Source: Campylobacterales bacterium (GTDB taxonomy: Bacteria > Campylobacterota > Campylobacteria > Campylobacterales > Sulfurospirillaceae). From it: a stretch of DNA of 64,000 nucleotides. Of the stretch, positions 9,469 to 19,415 are shown in pieces. Where the stretch lies: positions 49,593 to 113,592 of the forward strand of contig JAJRPV010000014.1 of NCBI GenBank assembly GCA_024280575.1, written 5' to 3'. Below the pieces are notes generated by a model. It made no database searches and was not told the origin of the DNA. It saw only the letters and a program-made list of their open reading frames with translations. How positions within the stretch are numbered: the stretch's first letter is position 1; every line of letters starts with the position of its first letter. The translations under genes and the position numbers were made by a program.

Positions 9469-11498
9469 ATGCACAAAGTATCATTACTTTTCGGGGTGCA
9501 CATGCATCAGCCTGTTGATAATTTTGGTGAAGCGGTAGATGAAGCTATAGAAAAATGTTATAAGCCATTTTTTGAAACTATGGCTAATTATCCGCAGTTT
9601 AAATTTTCAGTCCACTGTAGTGGTTGGCTCTTGGATCAAATCGTAACAAAACATCCTGATATATTTAAAAATATGCAAAAACTGACTCGTTGTGGCTCAA
9701 TAGAGTGGATAAGTGCGGGATATTACGAACCGATTCTTAGTTCAATTCCATCAAATGACAGAGTAAATCAAATAAATAAATTAAACAAATATATCAAAAA
9801 AAGATTTGATGTAAAACCAAAAGGACTTTGGTTAACCGAGAGAGTTTGGGAATCCTCAATAGTGCCTGATTTAGACAAGGCCGATATTGATTTTGCCTTG
9901 GTTGATGATTATCATTTTTTAAGTAGTGGCTTTGACAAAAGTCAGATGGATGGATACTTTGAAACAGAAGAAAGTGGTAAAAAACTGGCACTTTTTCCAA
10001 TTTCAGGAGCTTTAAGATATGCTCTTCCTTTTTTTAGTGTCGAAAAAGCAATTGATGCGATAGAAAATTGCAAAAAAGAAGAAGACTCTACTGCGATTAT
10101 ATTTGATGATGCAGAAAAGTTTGGCTTGTGGCCTGAGACTTATGAATGGGTATATGAAAAAGGGTGGCTAAAAGATTTTGTAGGAGCAGTGATAAAAAAT
10201 AAAAAAATAAAAACAGAACATTTTGGAGATTTTAAGAAAAAAACCAAATCCAAAGGAATCGCATATCTTAACAATACTTCTTATTTTGAGATGGGAGAAT
10301 GGAGCCTGAGAGAATATCAAACTATCGCCATAGAAGAGCTAAAAAAGCGTGTTGGGTTTGAGTATTTTGAAAATATAGGCATCGCTTTTATAAAAGGCGG
10401 TATTTGGAAAAACTTTTTTGTGAAATACGAAGAAAGCAACTATCTTCACAAAAGAATGCTTTACATGAGCAAATTTCAAGATAAAATGAGCAAAAAATCG
10501 CTCGAGCTTTTATATGCACTTCAAACAAATGATGTTTTTTGGCATGGAGTTTTTGGAGGATTATACTTGCCCAATCTAAGAGATAATGCCTACAAATATC
10601 TTCTAGGCTTAGAAAAAACTTTTGCAAATACAAAAATTCAATACAAAGTGGATGATTTTGATATGGACGGATATGACGAGTTAAAAGTTTTGACAAACTC
10701 ATTTTCTTTTGTTTTTTCATCAAAAAACGGTGGACAAATGGTAGAGTTTGGCTCATTGGATAAATTTTTTAACTGGCAAAACAGTATCACAAGAAGAAAA
10801 GAAGCTTACCATGAAAAGATATTAAATCCTCCTGTTATTCAGAACAATGAACAAAGTAACGATGAGATAGCAACTATCCATAATTTGGTTGAAGAGATAG
10901 ATGATAATCTTAAAGAAAATCTGATCTTCGACTGGTATCTAAAATACTCTTTTATAGACCATATCTCAAATGTGCCTTTTAATCTTGAAAATTTTAAAAA
11001 GGCAAATTTCAGAGAAATCGGAGATTTTGCAAATCAACCTTTTGAACTTGATAAAAGAGTTAAAACATTCAGCAGAGATGGCGGTATTTACCTTGATAAT
11101 ATGTTTAAAACAAATATTCAAAAAAATATACTTTTAAAGAAAACGGACTGAAAGAAAACCTTACATGTAGAAGCGAGTTCAGAGATAAGGCCTTTTATGG
11201 CGTAGAGTTCAACTTTCACTTCGCACATCCGAATCTTGTAACGATTAATGATAATCTTATAAATGATGGGCTAAACTTAAAACATATAAAATCTTTGGAT
11301 ATCGTAGATGATTTTACAAATAAAAAACTAACTATCACTTCAAATATAGAGCTTGATATGCATGCTTATATTTTAAAAACGATATCTCAAAGTGAAAAAG
11401 GATTTGACATGGTAAGCCAACAAATTTCTTTCATATTGTCAACTGAATTTGCACAAAATTTAGAATTATCATTAGATATCGAGGTTACAGATGTCTAA
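9469..11498 (+). pseudogene. GH57 alpha-amylase/4-alpha-glucanotransferase with -1 frameshift in A7 run 11120-11126
   Basis: GVHMHQP, GLWLTERVWE, FDDAEKFG motifs; adding one A gives QKKYTFKENG...FYGVEFNFHF, continuous with ORF 11295-11498. Confidence 0.85.
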
Positions 11499-12504
11499 CA
11501 TAAGATTGGATTTACTACGCAACAAGTATGTTCTAATAGCTCCGGAAAGACTTCATCGTCCTGATTTTTACCGACAATCTTCTTCTAAAATCAATACAGA
11601 GAATTGCCCATTTTGTGATGGTCATGAAGATATGACTCCCCATGAGATATTTGCTATGAGAGACAATGAACCAAACAGCAATGGCTGGAAAACAAGAGTT
11701 GTTCCAAATCTATATAAAGCTGTACAAGTTGAATTGGAAAGTAGCTCAAAAATAGAGGGTATATTTGAAACTATCCAAGGAGTTGGAGCCCATGAAATCC
11801 TGATAGACTCACCAAATCACGATAAAGATATAGTTACACTTGATACTCTCTTTATTGAGCTTTGGCTAAATACTATGATAAAAAGAATAGAAGATTTAAA
11901 AAACGATAAAAGGCTGATTCACTTAAGTATTTTTAAAAACTACGGACAAAATGCAGGAGCAACGCAAGTCCATCCTCATACGCAACTGTTGGCACTTCCT
12001 ATTATGCCAAAAGATGAACTAAATTTTTTAAAACGAAATTTTTATTATTATAAAAAACACGGCAGAGGAAAACTTCAAGATATCATAGAAAATGAAAAAA
12101 TATCTAAAGACAAGAGAGTTATAGAAGAGATTGATAATTTTATAGCATACTGTCCATTTGCCAGTAGCTTTCCTTTTGAAGTTGCCATTGCACCTTTGAA
12201 AAATATACCTTCCTTAGAGCATTGCAATCATGGAGAAATTTCAAATTTAGCTCTCATGATTCAAAAAGTTTTTGAAAAACTGCATTTTCAACTAGGTCGA
12301 TTTGATTACAATCTATACTTTAGATTAGCCCCATTAAATAGAAATTTTGAAAATGAAGCATATCTTTCTTCAATTCCTGAAAATTTTCGTTTTAGCATCC
12401 ATATAACTCCGAGAATTTACAGATTCGGAGGATTTGAGCTTTCAACCAATATGGCTATCAATCCGGTATCTCCCGAAGAGTGTGCAGAGCTCTTAAATTC
12501 ATGA
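11491..12504 (+). CDS. GalT-like HIT-family nucleotidyltransferase (galactose-1-phosphate uridylyltransferase family)
   Basis: CPFC, RVVPNLY, HPHTQ active-site motif, CPFAS.FPFE. Confidence 0.85.
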   Translation: MSNIRLDLLRNKYVLIAPERLHRPDFYRQSSSKINTENCPFCDGHEDMTPHEIFAMRDNEPNSNGWKTRVVPNLYKAVQVELESSSKIEGIFETIQGVGAHEILIDSPNHDKDIVTLDTLFIELWLNTMIKRIEDLKNDKRLIHLSIFKNYGQNAGATQVHPHTQLLALPIMPKDELNFLKRNFYYYKKHGRGKLQDIIENEKISKDKRVIEEIDNFIAYCPFASSFPFEVAIAPLKNIPSLEHCNHGEISNLALMIQKVFEKLHFQLGRFDYNLYFRLAPLNRNFENEAYLSSIPENFRFSIHITPRIYRFGGFELSTNMAINPVSPEECAELLNS

Positions 12505-13877
12505 AAATTCTATTTGCCGCAAGCGAAATTTTTCCATATGCAAAAAGTGGAGGTTTGGCAGATGTGGCAAATGCACTTCCCAAAGCATTAAACAAAGAAA
12601 TTGAAGTTATATCCGTGATGCCCTTTTATGGTTTTATGGACATCGCAAATTTTCAAAAAACCGACATAAAATTTGATATCAATTTGGGCGGTATAAACTA
12701 CAACATAGAATTGCTTTGCAAATTAAACAAAGGCGTTTTAACTTACTTTATCAAAGCACCTCTTCTAAGCACTACTAAAAATCTATATGGTGACAACACG
12801 GCTTATGCGAACAATGACATAAGATTTGGAATCTTCAGCAAAGCTATAAGTCATCTTGCCGAGACTCTACATGTAGAGATTGTTCATCTAAATGATTGGC
12901 ATTGTGCACTTAGTGCTTTTTGGCTAAAAGATACAAAAATCAAAACAATATTTACGATACACAATCTCGCATATCAAGGAATTTTTGAAAAACATACTTT
13001 AGGCAGGTTAGGTATAGATGAAAAACATTTTAACTTTCAAGATTTAGAGTTTTACGGAAATTGCAACTTTATGAAAGCCGGCATCAAATACAGTGATGCC
13101 ATCACGACAGTCAGTCCGACTTATGCAAAAGAGATTTTAACTCCACAGTTTGGTTGTGGATTAGACGGCTTTTTGAGATTTTACAAAGATAAAGTAAGTG
13201 GCATTTTAAATGGAATTGATACAGAAATTTTTAATCCAACAACTGATAAAACAATCTTTAAAAATTATGACAAAAACTCACTCTCTTTAAAATAGGAAAA
13301 CAAAAAAGAGTTGTTTAAAAAAATCAAACTAAAAAATACAAAAATACCTCTTTTTGTTATGATTAGCAGATTAGTAGAGCAAAAAGGTTTCGATATCATT
13401 TTAGACTCGATAAACGACTTAACAAAAGAAGAGATAAATCTTTTACTTTTGGTTGACGGCGAAAGCAAATATAAAAAACCTCTCATGAGATCAGCAAAAA
13501 AATATAAAAATTTTGAACTAATCTTCGGATATAACGAAAGTTTATCACATCAAATTTATGCTTCAGCTGATTTTCTACTTATGCCTTCCCTTTTTGAGCC
13601 ATGCGGACTAAACCAAATGATATCTATGGCTTATGGCACAATCCCGATAGTCCATAGCATTGGCGGTTTAAAAGACAGCGTACATGAAAACAGCAAAAAA
13701 TGCGGAGCCGGAATCGTCTTTTCAAAGCCCAGCAAAAAAGCTTTTATGCTGGCAATTAATCGGTCTTTAAACTTGAAAAACAGAGTTGCTTTGCAAAAAT
13801 TTAATATGCAATGTGATTTTTCTTTTGACAAAAGTGCCTTAAAATATATCAAATTATATAAAAAAGTGTTATCATGA
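12501..13877 (+). pseudogene. glgA: Glycogen synthase paralogue 1 interrupted by in-frame TAG at 13293-13295
   Basis: KSGGLADV, HLNDWH, TIHNLAYQG, EPCGLNQM; the same frame resumes after the stop (SLK*ENKKELF). Confidence 0.85.
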
Positions 13878-14698
13878 ACTTAGCGATAGATGCAGGAGGA
13901 ACAAACCTAAGAGCATCTGTAAAAAATATAACATATAGAGAAAAAAGTAACAAAATAGGTTTAGCCAGTTTTATAGAAGGGATACTTGGCAAACATAAAA
14001 ATATAAAAACTATCGGCATATCTTATGCCGGTCAAGTCGAAGATGGCGTCATAATCGATTCACCAAATATCAAAGTAGATATTAAAAATATCAAAGAGTA
14101 TTTTAAAGCCAAATACGATATCTCTTTATTTATAGAAAATGACCTGACTTGCGCAGTAATCGCAGAAGCAAGTGAGCTAAAAAGTAAAAATATCTGTGCT
14201 TTATATGTGGGGACCGGTCTTGGTTTAGGCGCTATCGATCACGAAAAAGTTATAAAAGGAAACAACAATCTTTCTTGTGAAATAGGACACATACCATACA
14301 AAAAAGCTCCTTTTAGATGCGGTTGTGGGCGAGATAACTGTATAGAAAACTTTATCTCAGGTGCAGGCATCATCAAGTGGATAGATTATTATAATCTTAC
14401 ATGTAGCCCTACTTTGGAAGCTTTGAAAAATGATGAAAATCCTGATTCCAAAAAGATTCTAAAAGAGTTTGAAGAAGCACTTTTTTTTGCAGCCGGTACC
14501 ACAATAACACTTTTTAATCCAGAGATTTTAGTTCTAGGAGGTGGCATAATAGAAGCAAATCCGTACCTAGTAGGAAAAATTATATCCAACATAGACAATT
14601 TTGCTCTAAAACCTATATTAAAAAATTGTAAAATAATAAAAAGCGAATTACAAGATGCATCTCTCATCGGTGCTTCTTTACTAAAGGACATAAAATGA
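13874..14698 (+). CDS. ROK-family sugar kinase (probable glucokinase)
   Basis: IDAGGT, ENDL, GTGLGLG, EIGH and CGCG..C zinc motif. Confidence 0.85.
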   Translation: MNLAIDAGGTNLRASVKNITYREKSNKIGLASFIEGILGKHKNIKTIGISYAGQVEDGVIIDSPNIKVDIKNIKEYFKAKYDISLFIENDLTCAVIAEASELKSKNICALYVGTGLGLGAIDHEKVIKGNNNLSCEIGHIPYKKAPFRCGCGRDNCIENFISGAGIIKWIDYYNLTCSPTLEALKNDENPDSKKILKEFEEALFFAAGTTITLFNPEILVLGGGIIEANPYLVGKIISNIDNFALKPILKNCKIIKSELQDASLIGASLLKDIK

Positions 14699-16164
14699 AA
14701 AAATTAAATATTTTATTTGTAGCAAGTGAAGTTGTTCCCTTTGCAAAAACAGGAGGACTAGCTGATGTTGCGGGTGCTCTTCCTAAAGCATTAAAAAAGT
14801 TAGGTCACAATATCATCGTTGTGATGCCAAGATATTATAAAATCAATAAGTCAAAACTTACTCATATTCCCGGAGCTCTCGGGGTTCCTATGGGTCCTAT
14901 GGGGGAACTTTGGGCAGGAATTTATAGCTCAACTCTGCCAAACAGTGAAGTGCCGATTTATTTTATAGATTATGAAAAGTTTTTTGGCAGAGGTGGTCTT
15001 TATGATGAAAATGGGCAACCTTACAAAGATAATGAAAATCGTTTTATATTTTTATCAAAATCAGCTTTTATGCTATGCAAGAAATTGGGATTTACTCCCG
15101 ATATCATACATGTAAACGACTGGCATACAGCTACTATGCCCCTTCTTTCTAAAACAAGATTTGTGTATGATTTTGCAAATACCGCAACGGTTTTAACTAT
15201 ACACAATCTTCAGCATCAAGGCGAGTTCTTCAAAGGTGCTATTGATGTACTTGAAGTTGGCTGGGAGCATTTTAATCCGATGGAATTTGAAAGCCATGAT
15301 GTATTTAATGCTCTAAAAGGAGGTATTGCCCATGCTGACGCAGTTACTACCGTATCTCAAAAATACGCCAAAGAGATACAAACAAAAGAGTTTGGATTTG
15401 GTCTGGAAAACCACATACAAGCCCATACTGCAAAACTTTTTGGCATATTAAACGGAGTGGATTACAGTGAGTGGAATCCAAGTATTGATGAAGCTATAGC
15501 CAAAAAATATGACACAAATGATATGAGCGGCAAAAAAGCATGCAAAAAAGCCTTGCAAAAACATTTTGGACTAAAAATTGATGAAAATATACCGCTAATT
15601 GGTTTTGTAGGCAGATTTGCCGAACAAAAAGGCATAGGCTTGATTGCCGAGATTATGCATGGCTTAAAAGATTTGGATTTACAAATCGTGATGCTAGGTA
15701 CAGGAGAAAAATGGGCAGAATTTTTCTTTAGTGATCAAGCAAGCAAACATAAGCATAAGTTTGGCGTTCATGTAGGATACAGCGATATATTAGCACACCA
15801 AATAGAAGCGGGAAGCGATCTGTTTTTGATGCCTTCTTTGTTTGAGCCTTGCGGACTTAACCAGATATACTCCTTAAGATACGGCACGCTTCCGATAGTG
15901 CGAGCAACTGGCGGACTTGATGATACGATAGAAAATTATGATCCAAAAAGCTCTACATGTAACGGTTTTAAATTTTATGAAGCAAGTGGACATGCCCTTT
16001 ACAATACCGTAAAATGGGCAGTTGATACATATTATAATGACAAAGAAAATTTTGATAAAATGCGCAAGCGAGCCATGAAGATGAGATTTGACTGGACAAA
16101 ATCAGCCAAATCGTACGAAGAGGTATATAAATACGCTCTTGAAAAAAGAGGGGTAAAAAAATGA
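14695..16164 (+). CDS. glgA: Glycogen synthase (GT5) paralogue 2, intact
   Basis: KTGGLADV, HVNDWH, GRFAEQKG, EPCGLNQIYSLRYGT. Confidence 0.95.
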   Translation: MKKLNILFVASEVVPFAKTGGLADVAGALPKALKKLGHNIIVVMPRYYKINKSKLTHIPGALGVPMGPMGELWAGIYSSTLPNSEVPIYFIDYEKFFGRGGLYDENGQPYKDNENRFIFLSKSAFMLCKKLGFTPDIIHVNDWHTATMPLLSKTRFVYDFANTATVLTIHNLQHQGEFFKGAIDVLEVGWEHFNPMEFESHDVFNALKGGIAHADAVTTVSQKYAKEIQTKEFGFGLENHIQAHTAKLFGILNGVDYSEWNPSIDEAIAKKYDTNDMSGKKACKKALQKHFGLKIDENIPLIGFVGRFAEQKGIGLIAEIMHGLKDLDLQIVMLGTGEKWAEFFFSDQASKHKHKFGVHVGYSDILAHQIEAGSDLFLMPSLFEPCGLNQIYSLRYGTLPIVRATGGLDDTIENYDPKSSTCNGFKFYEASGHALYNTVKWAVDTYYNDKENFDKMRKRAMKMRFDWTKSAKSYEEVYKYALEKRGVKK

Positions 16165-18083
16165 AATATACAATGTATTATGATGTAACAAGATTTAGTG
16201 AGCTTGATATATATTTATTCAAAGAAGGAACTCACTCCAAATTATATAAACATCTAGGTTCTCATCTCATGAAAAGAGAAGGTGTTGAGGGTGTCTATTT
16301 TGCTCTGTGGGCTCCGCATGCAAAAGGCGTGAGCGTTATTGGCGACTTTAACAAATATGATGAAAATGCACACAAATTACAATTGAGAGGTGATGGTTCC
16401 GGCATATGGGATGGATTTATAGAAAATGTAAAAGAGTATGACATTTACAAATATCACATCTTCAATGATTTTGAGAATCTAAACGCAAACAAAGCTGATC
16501 CTTACGCTTTTTACGCTGAAGTTGCTCCAAATTCCGCTTCAAGAGTATATAACATAGAAAACTTTACCTGGGATGATGAAAAATGGATGAAAAAAAGAGC
16601 CAAAAATAATTCACACAAAAATGCCATATCTGTTTATGAAGTGCATCTTGGATCTTGGAGAAGAAAAGTGGAGGAAAACAACCGATATTTGACTTACGAA
16701 GAATCTGCACGCGAACTAGCAATCTACTTAAAAGAGATGAAATTTACACATGTTGAATTGATGCCTATCACAGAATTTCCTTTTAAAGGTTCCTGGGGAT
16801 ATCAGACCAGCGGGTATTTTGCTCCGACTTCCAGATTTGGAGAACCAAAAGATTTCATGAGATTTGTTGAAGTGATGCATCAAAACGGCATAGGAGTCAT
16901 ACTCGACTGGGTACCTTCACATTTTGTGACTGATGGTCACGGATTGATGAACTTTGACGGAACCTGTCTTTATGAGCACGAAGATCCGCGTCTTGGATAC
17001 CATCCTCAATGGGGAAGTGCGATATTTAATTATGAAAGAAATGAAGTAAGGGAATTTTTGATAAGTTCTGCCATGATGTGGCTAGACATTTATCATATAG
17101 ACGGGATTAGAGTCGATGCAGTTGCGTCTATGCTATATCTTGATTATGCACGCGAAGAAGGGGACTGGATTCCAAATGAGTTCGGAGGAAATGAAAATCT
17201 AGGAGCCATAAAATTTTTGAAACAACTCAATTCTACTGTCGGTGAATTTCATACAGACACCATGATGTTTGCCGAAGAATCCACAAATTTTCCACAAGTT
17301 ACAGGAAAAGTAAGCGAGGGAGGTCTTGGATTTGATTACAAATGGAATATGGGTTGGATGCACGACATACTAAAATACATGAAAAATGACCCGATTCACA
17401 GACAATATCATCATAATGATTTGACTTTTAGTTTTGTTTACATGTACAATGAAAACTACATACTGCCTCTCAGCCATGACGAGGTAGTACATATGAAAGG
17501 CTCCTTAATCAACAAAATGCCCGGAGACAATAACCAAAAATTTGCAAATCTAAGGGCGATGTACTCTTTGATGTATGCACATCCCGGCAAAAAACTTCTT
17601 TTTATGGGAGGAGAATTTGCACAATTTGCTGAGTGGAATTTTGAAAAAAGCCTGGATTGGCATTTACTTGATCAAGAAAACCATAAAGGAATCAGCGATA
17701 TCATAAAAGAGTTAAACAAACTCTACAAAAAAGAACCGGCGCTTCACAAGTATGATTGTGATCCAAAGGGATTTGAATGGATAGACGAAAATGATCATAG
17801 TGCAAATGTGATATCCTACATACGAAAAGCAAAAAAAAGCAAAGATAACATAATAGTAGTTTGTAATTTTTCAGACAAACCGCATATCGGCTATGAAGTT
17901 GGAATCAGTGAAGAAGGTAAGTATAAAGAGATATTTAATTCACAAGACAAACAATTTGCAGGTTGGAGCAGTAAAAACAAAGAGATACTAAAGACGATTG
18001 ACAAATCCGTCCACGGAAGAGATTTATCCCTAAAAGTAACTCTGCCGCCACTTAGTGTAATATATATAAAAAAGGAGAATTAA
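16161..18083 (+). CDS. glgB: 1,4-alpha-glucan branching enzyme (GH13)
   Basis: WAPHA, YEVHLGSW, SWGYQ, RVDAVASM, AEEST, LSHDEVVH. Confidence 0.97.
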   Translation: MKYTMYYDVTRFSELDIYLFKEGTHSKLYKHLGSHLMKREGVEGVYFALWAPHAKGVSVIGDFNKYDENAHKLQLRGDGSGIWDGFIENVKEYDIYKYHIFNDFENLNANKADPYAFYAEVAPNSASRVYNIENFTWDDEKWMKKRAKNNSHKNAISVYEVHLGSWRRKVEENNRYLTYEESARELAIYLKEMKFTHVELMPITEFPFKGSWGYQTSGYFAPTSRFGEPKDFMRFVEVMHQNGIGVILDWVPSHFVTDGHGLMNFDGTCLYEHEDPRLGYHPQWGSAIFNYERNEVREFLISSAMMWLDIYHIDGIRVDAVASMLYLDYAREEGDWIPNEFGGNENLGAIKFLKQLNSTVGEFHTDTMMFAEESTNFPQVTGKVSEGGLGFDYKWNMGWMHDILKYMKNDPIHRQYHHNDLTFSFVYMYNENYILPLSHDEVVHMKGSLINKMPGDNNQKFANLRAMYSLMYAHPGKKLLFMGGEFAQFAEWNFEKSLDWHLLDQENHKGISDIIKELNKLYKKEPALHKYDCDPKGFEWIDENDHSANVISYIRKAKKSKDNIIVVCNFSDKPHIGYEVGISEEGKYKEIFNSQDKQFAGWSSKNKEILKTIDKSVHGRDLSLKVTLPPLSVIYIKKEN

Positions 18084-18084
18084 G

Positions 18085-19332
18085 ATGTTAAGTTTTGATA
18101 GAAGTTTTGATTTTCAAAACACACAAAAAGAGATAGAGAAAATGGACAGTGCTTTTGAGGCATTGAAAAAAGAGATGGACAGTGACGAGATAGGATACTA
18201 CAAACTGCCACAAAGTTCGCTTGACATAGTTGAAAAAGTTAAAGCTCTACATGTAGAGAATTTTTCGCAAATAGTGATTATAGGAATTGGTGGATCAAGC
18301 CTTGGCATAAAGGCAGTTGACCAGATACTCAGACCTTACGGTAAAAATATCAAAGAGATACTGTATCTTGAAAACTCTGACCCCGTCAGCATCAGCTTGA
18401 CTCTTAAAAAAATCAAAAAAGAAGAAGCTCTGTTTTTTGTTATATCAAAATCAGGCGGAACGATAGAGACTACTTCTATATTTAAAACTGTTATACAATA
18501 CTGCTCACTAGATTTAGATGGAGTCGATAAGAAGCGCATATTTGCTATCACTGACAGTGGTTCCAATCTCAGCGATTTTGCTAATTTTCACCAAATTGCA
18601 CAGTTCAATATACCTCTAAATGTAGGCGGAAGATTTTCAGTTCTAAGTGCGGTAGGAGTTGCTCCTTTGATGATGGCAGGATACGATATGAAAGCTCTTT
18701 TAAAAGGTGCGGGAGATTTTGTCAAAAGTTTTTTTGCCGGAGATGAAAATCATCTCTTGGAAAAAGCATGTTATTTAAGCGACAAATCAAAAACTACACC
18801 TATAAATGTACTCTTCTCTTATGCAGACAGATTGGAAAACTTCACAAAATGGTTCGTTCAACTTTGGGCAGAATCACTCGGAAAAGTGGACAATCATGGC
18901 GCACATGTAGGGCTGACTCCAGTAGGACTGATAGGCGCTGTAGATCAACACTCGTTTTTACAACTCATCATAGAAGGAACCAGAGACAAAACAGTAACGC
19001 TCATAAAAGTAGAAGATTTTGGAGATGACTTGAGAGTACCTGATATCTCACTGAAAAACATAGAAAAGACAAATTTTATAAATGGCAAGAAATTCAACAC
19101 TCTCATCAATGCACAATGTGATGCTACAATGCAGAGTTTAATAGATACTAAAGTTAGTACAGATATAATAATGCTTGATTTTGTGAGCCCGGAAAATATC
19201 GGAGCGTTGATTATGTACTATGAATTACTTACTTCAGCAGTCGGCTCTATGACAGATATAAATACCTACAATCAACCAGGAGTTGAGCTAGGCAAACAAA
19301 TCTTATATAAAAATCTACAAAAACAGGGATAA
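18085..19332 (+). CDS. pgi: Glucose-6-phosphate isomerase
   Basis: GIGGSSLG, SKSGGT.ET, GGRFSVLS, QPGVELGK. Confidence 0.95.
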   Translation: MLSFDRSFDFQNTQKEIEKMDSAFEALKKEMDSDEIGYYKLPQSSLDIVEKVKALHVENFSQIVIIGIGGSSLGIKAVDQILRPYGKNIKEILYLENSDPVSISLTLKKIKKEEALFFVISKSGGTIETTSIFKTVIQYCSLDLDGVDKKRIFAITDSGSNLSDFANFHQIAQFNIPLNVGGRFSVLSAVGVAPLMMAGYDMKALLKGAGDFVKSFFAGDENHLLEKACYLSDKSKTTPINVLFSYADRLENFTKWFVQLWAESLGKVDNHGAHVGLTPVGLIGAVDQHSFLQLIIEGTRDKTVTLIKVEDFGDDLRVPDISLKNIEKTNFINGKKFNTLINAQCDATMQSLIDTKVSTDIIMLDFVSPENIGALIMYYELLTSAVGSMTDINTYNQPGVELGKQILYKNLQKQG

Positions 19333-19334
19333 AA

Positions 19335-19415
19335 ATGGAAAATTCTATGCGAAGCATAAGCTTTAGTCGCGAGGAATTTTTTAGGAATTTACTTCCTAAA
19401 AAAGGAGACAGTTAA
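19335..19415 (+). other. 26-codon bridging ORF (MENSMRSISFSREEFFRNLLPKKGDS*) formed by a fourth copy of the two-hairpin cassette
   Basis: ATG 2 nt after the pgi stop; its TAA directly abuts the glgP ATG; contains the core TTTAGTCGCGAGGAATTT at 19362. Confidence 0.7.
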
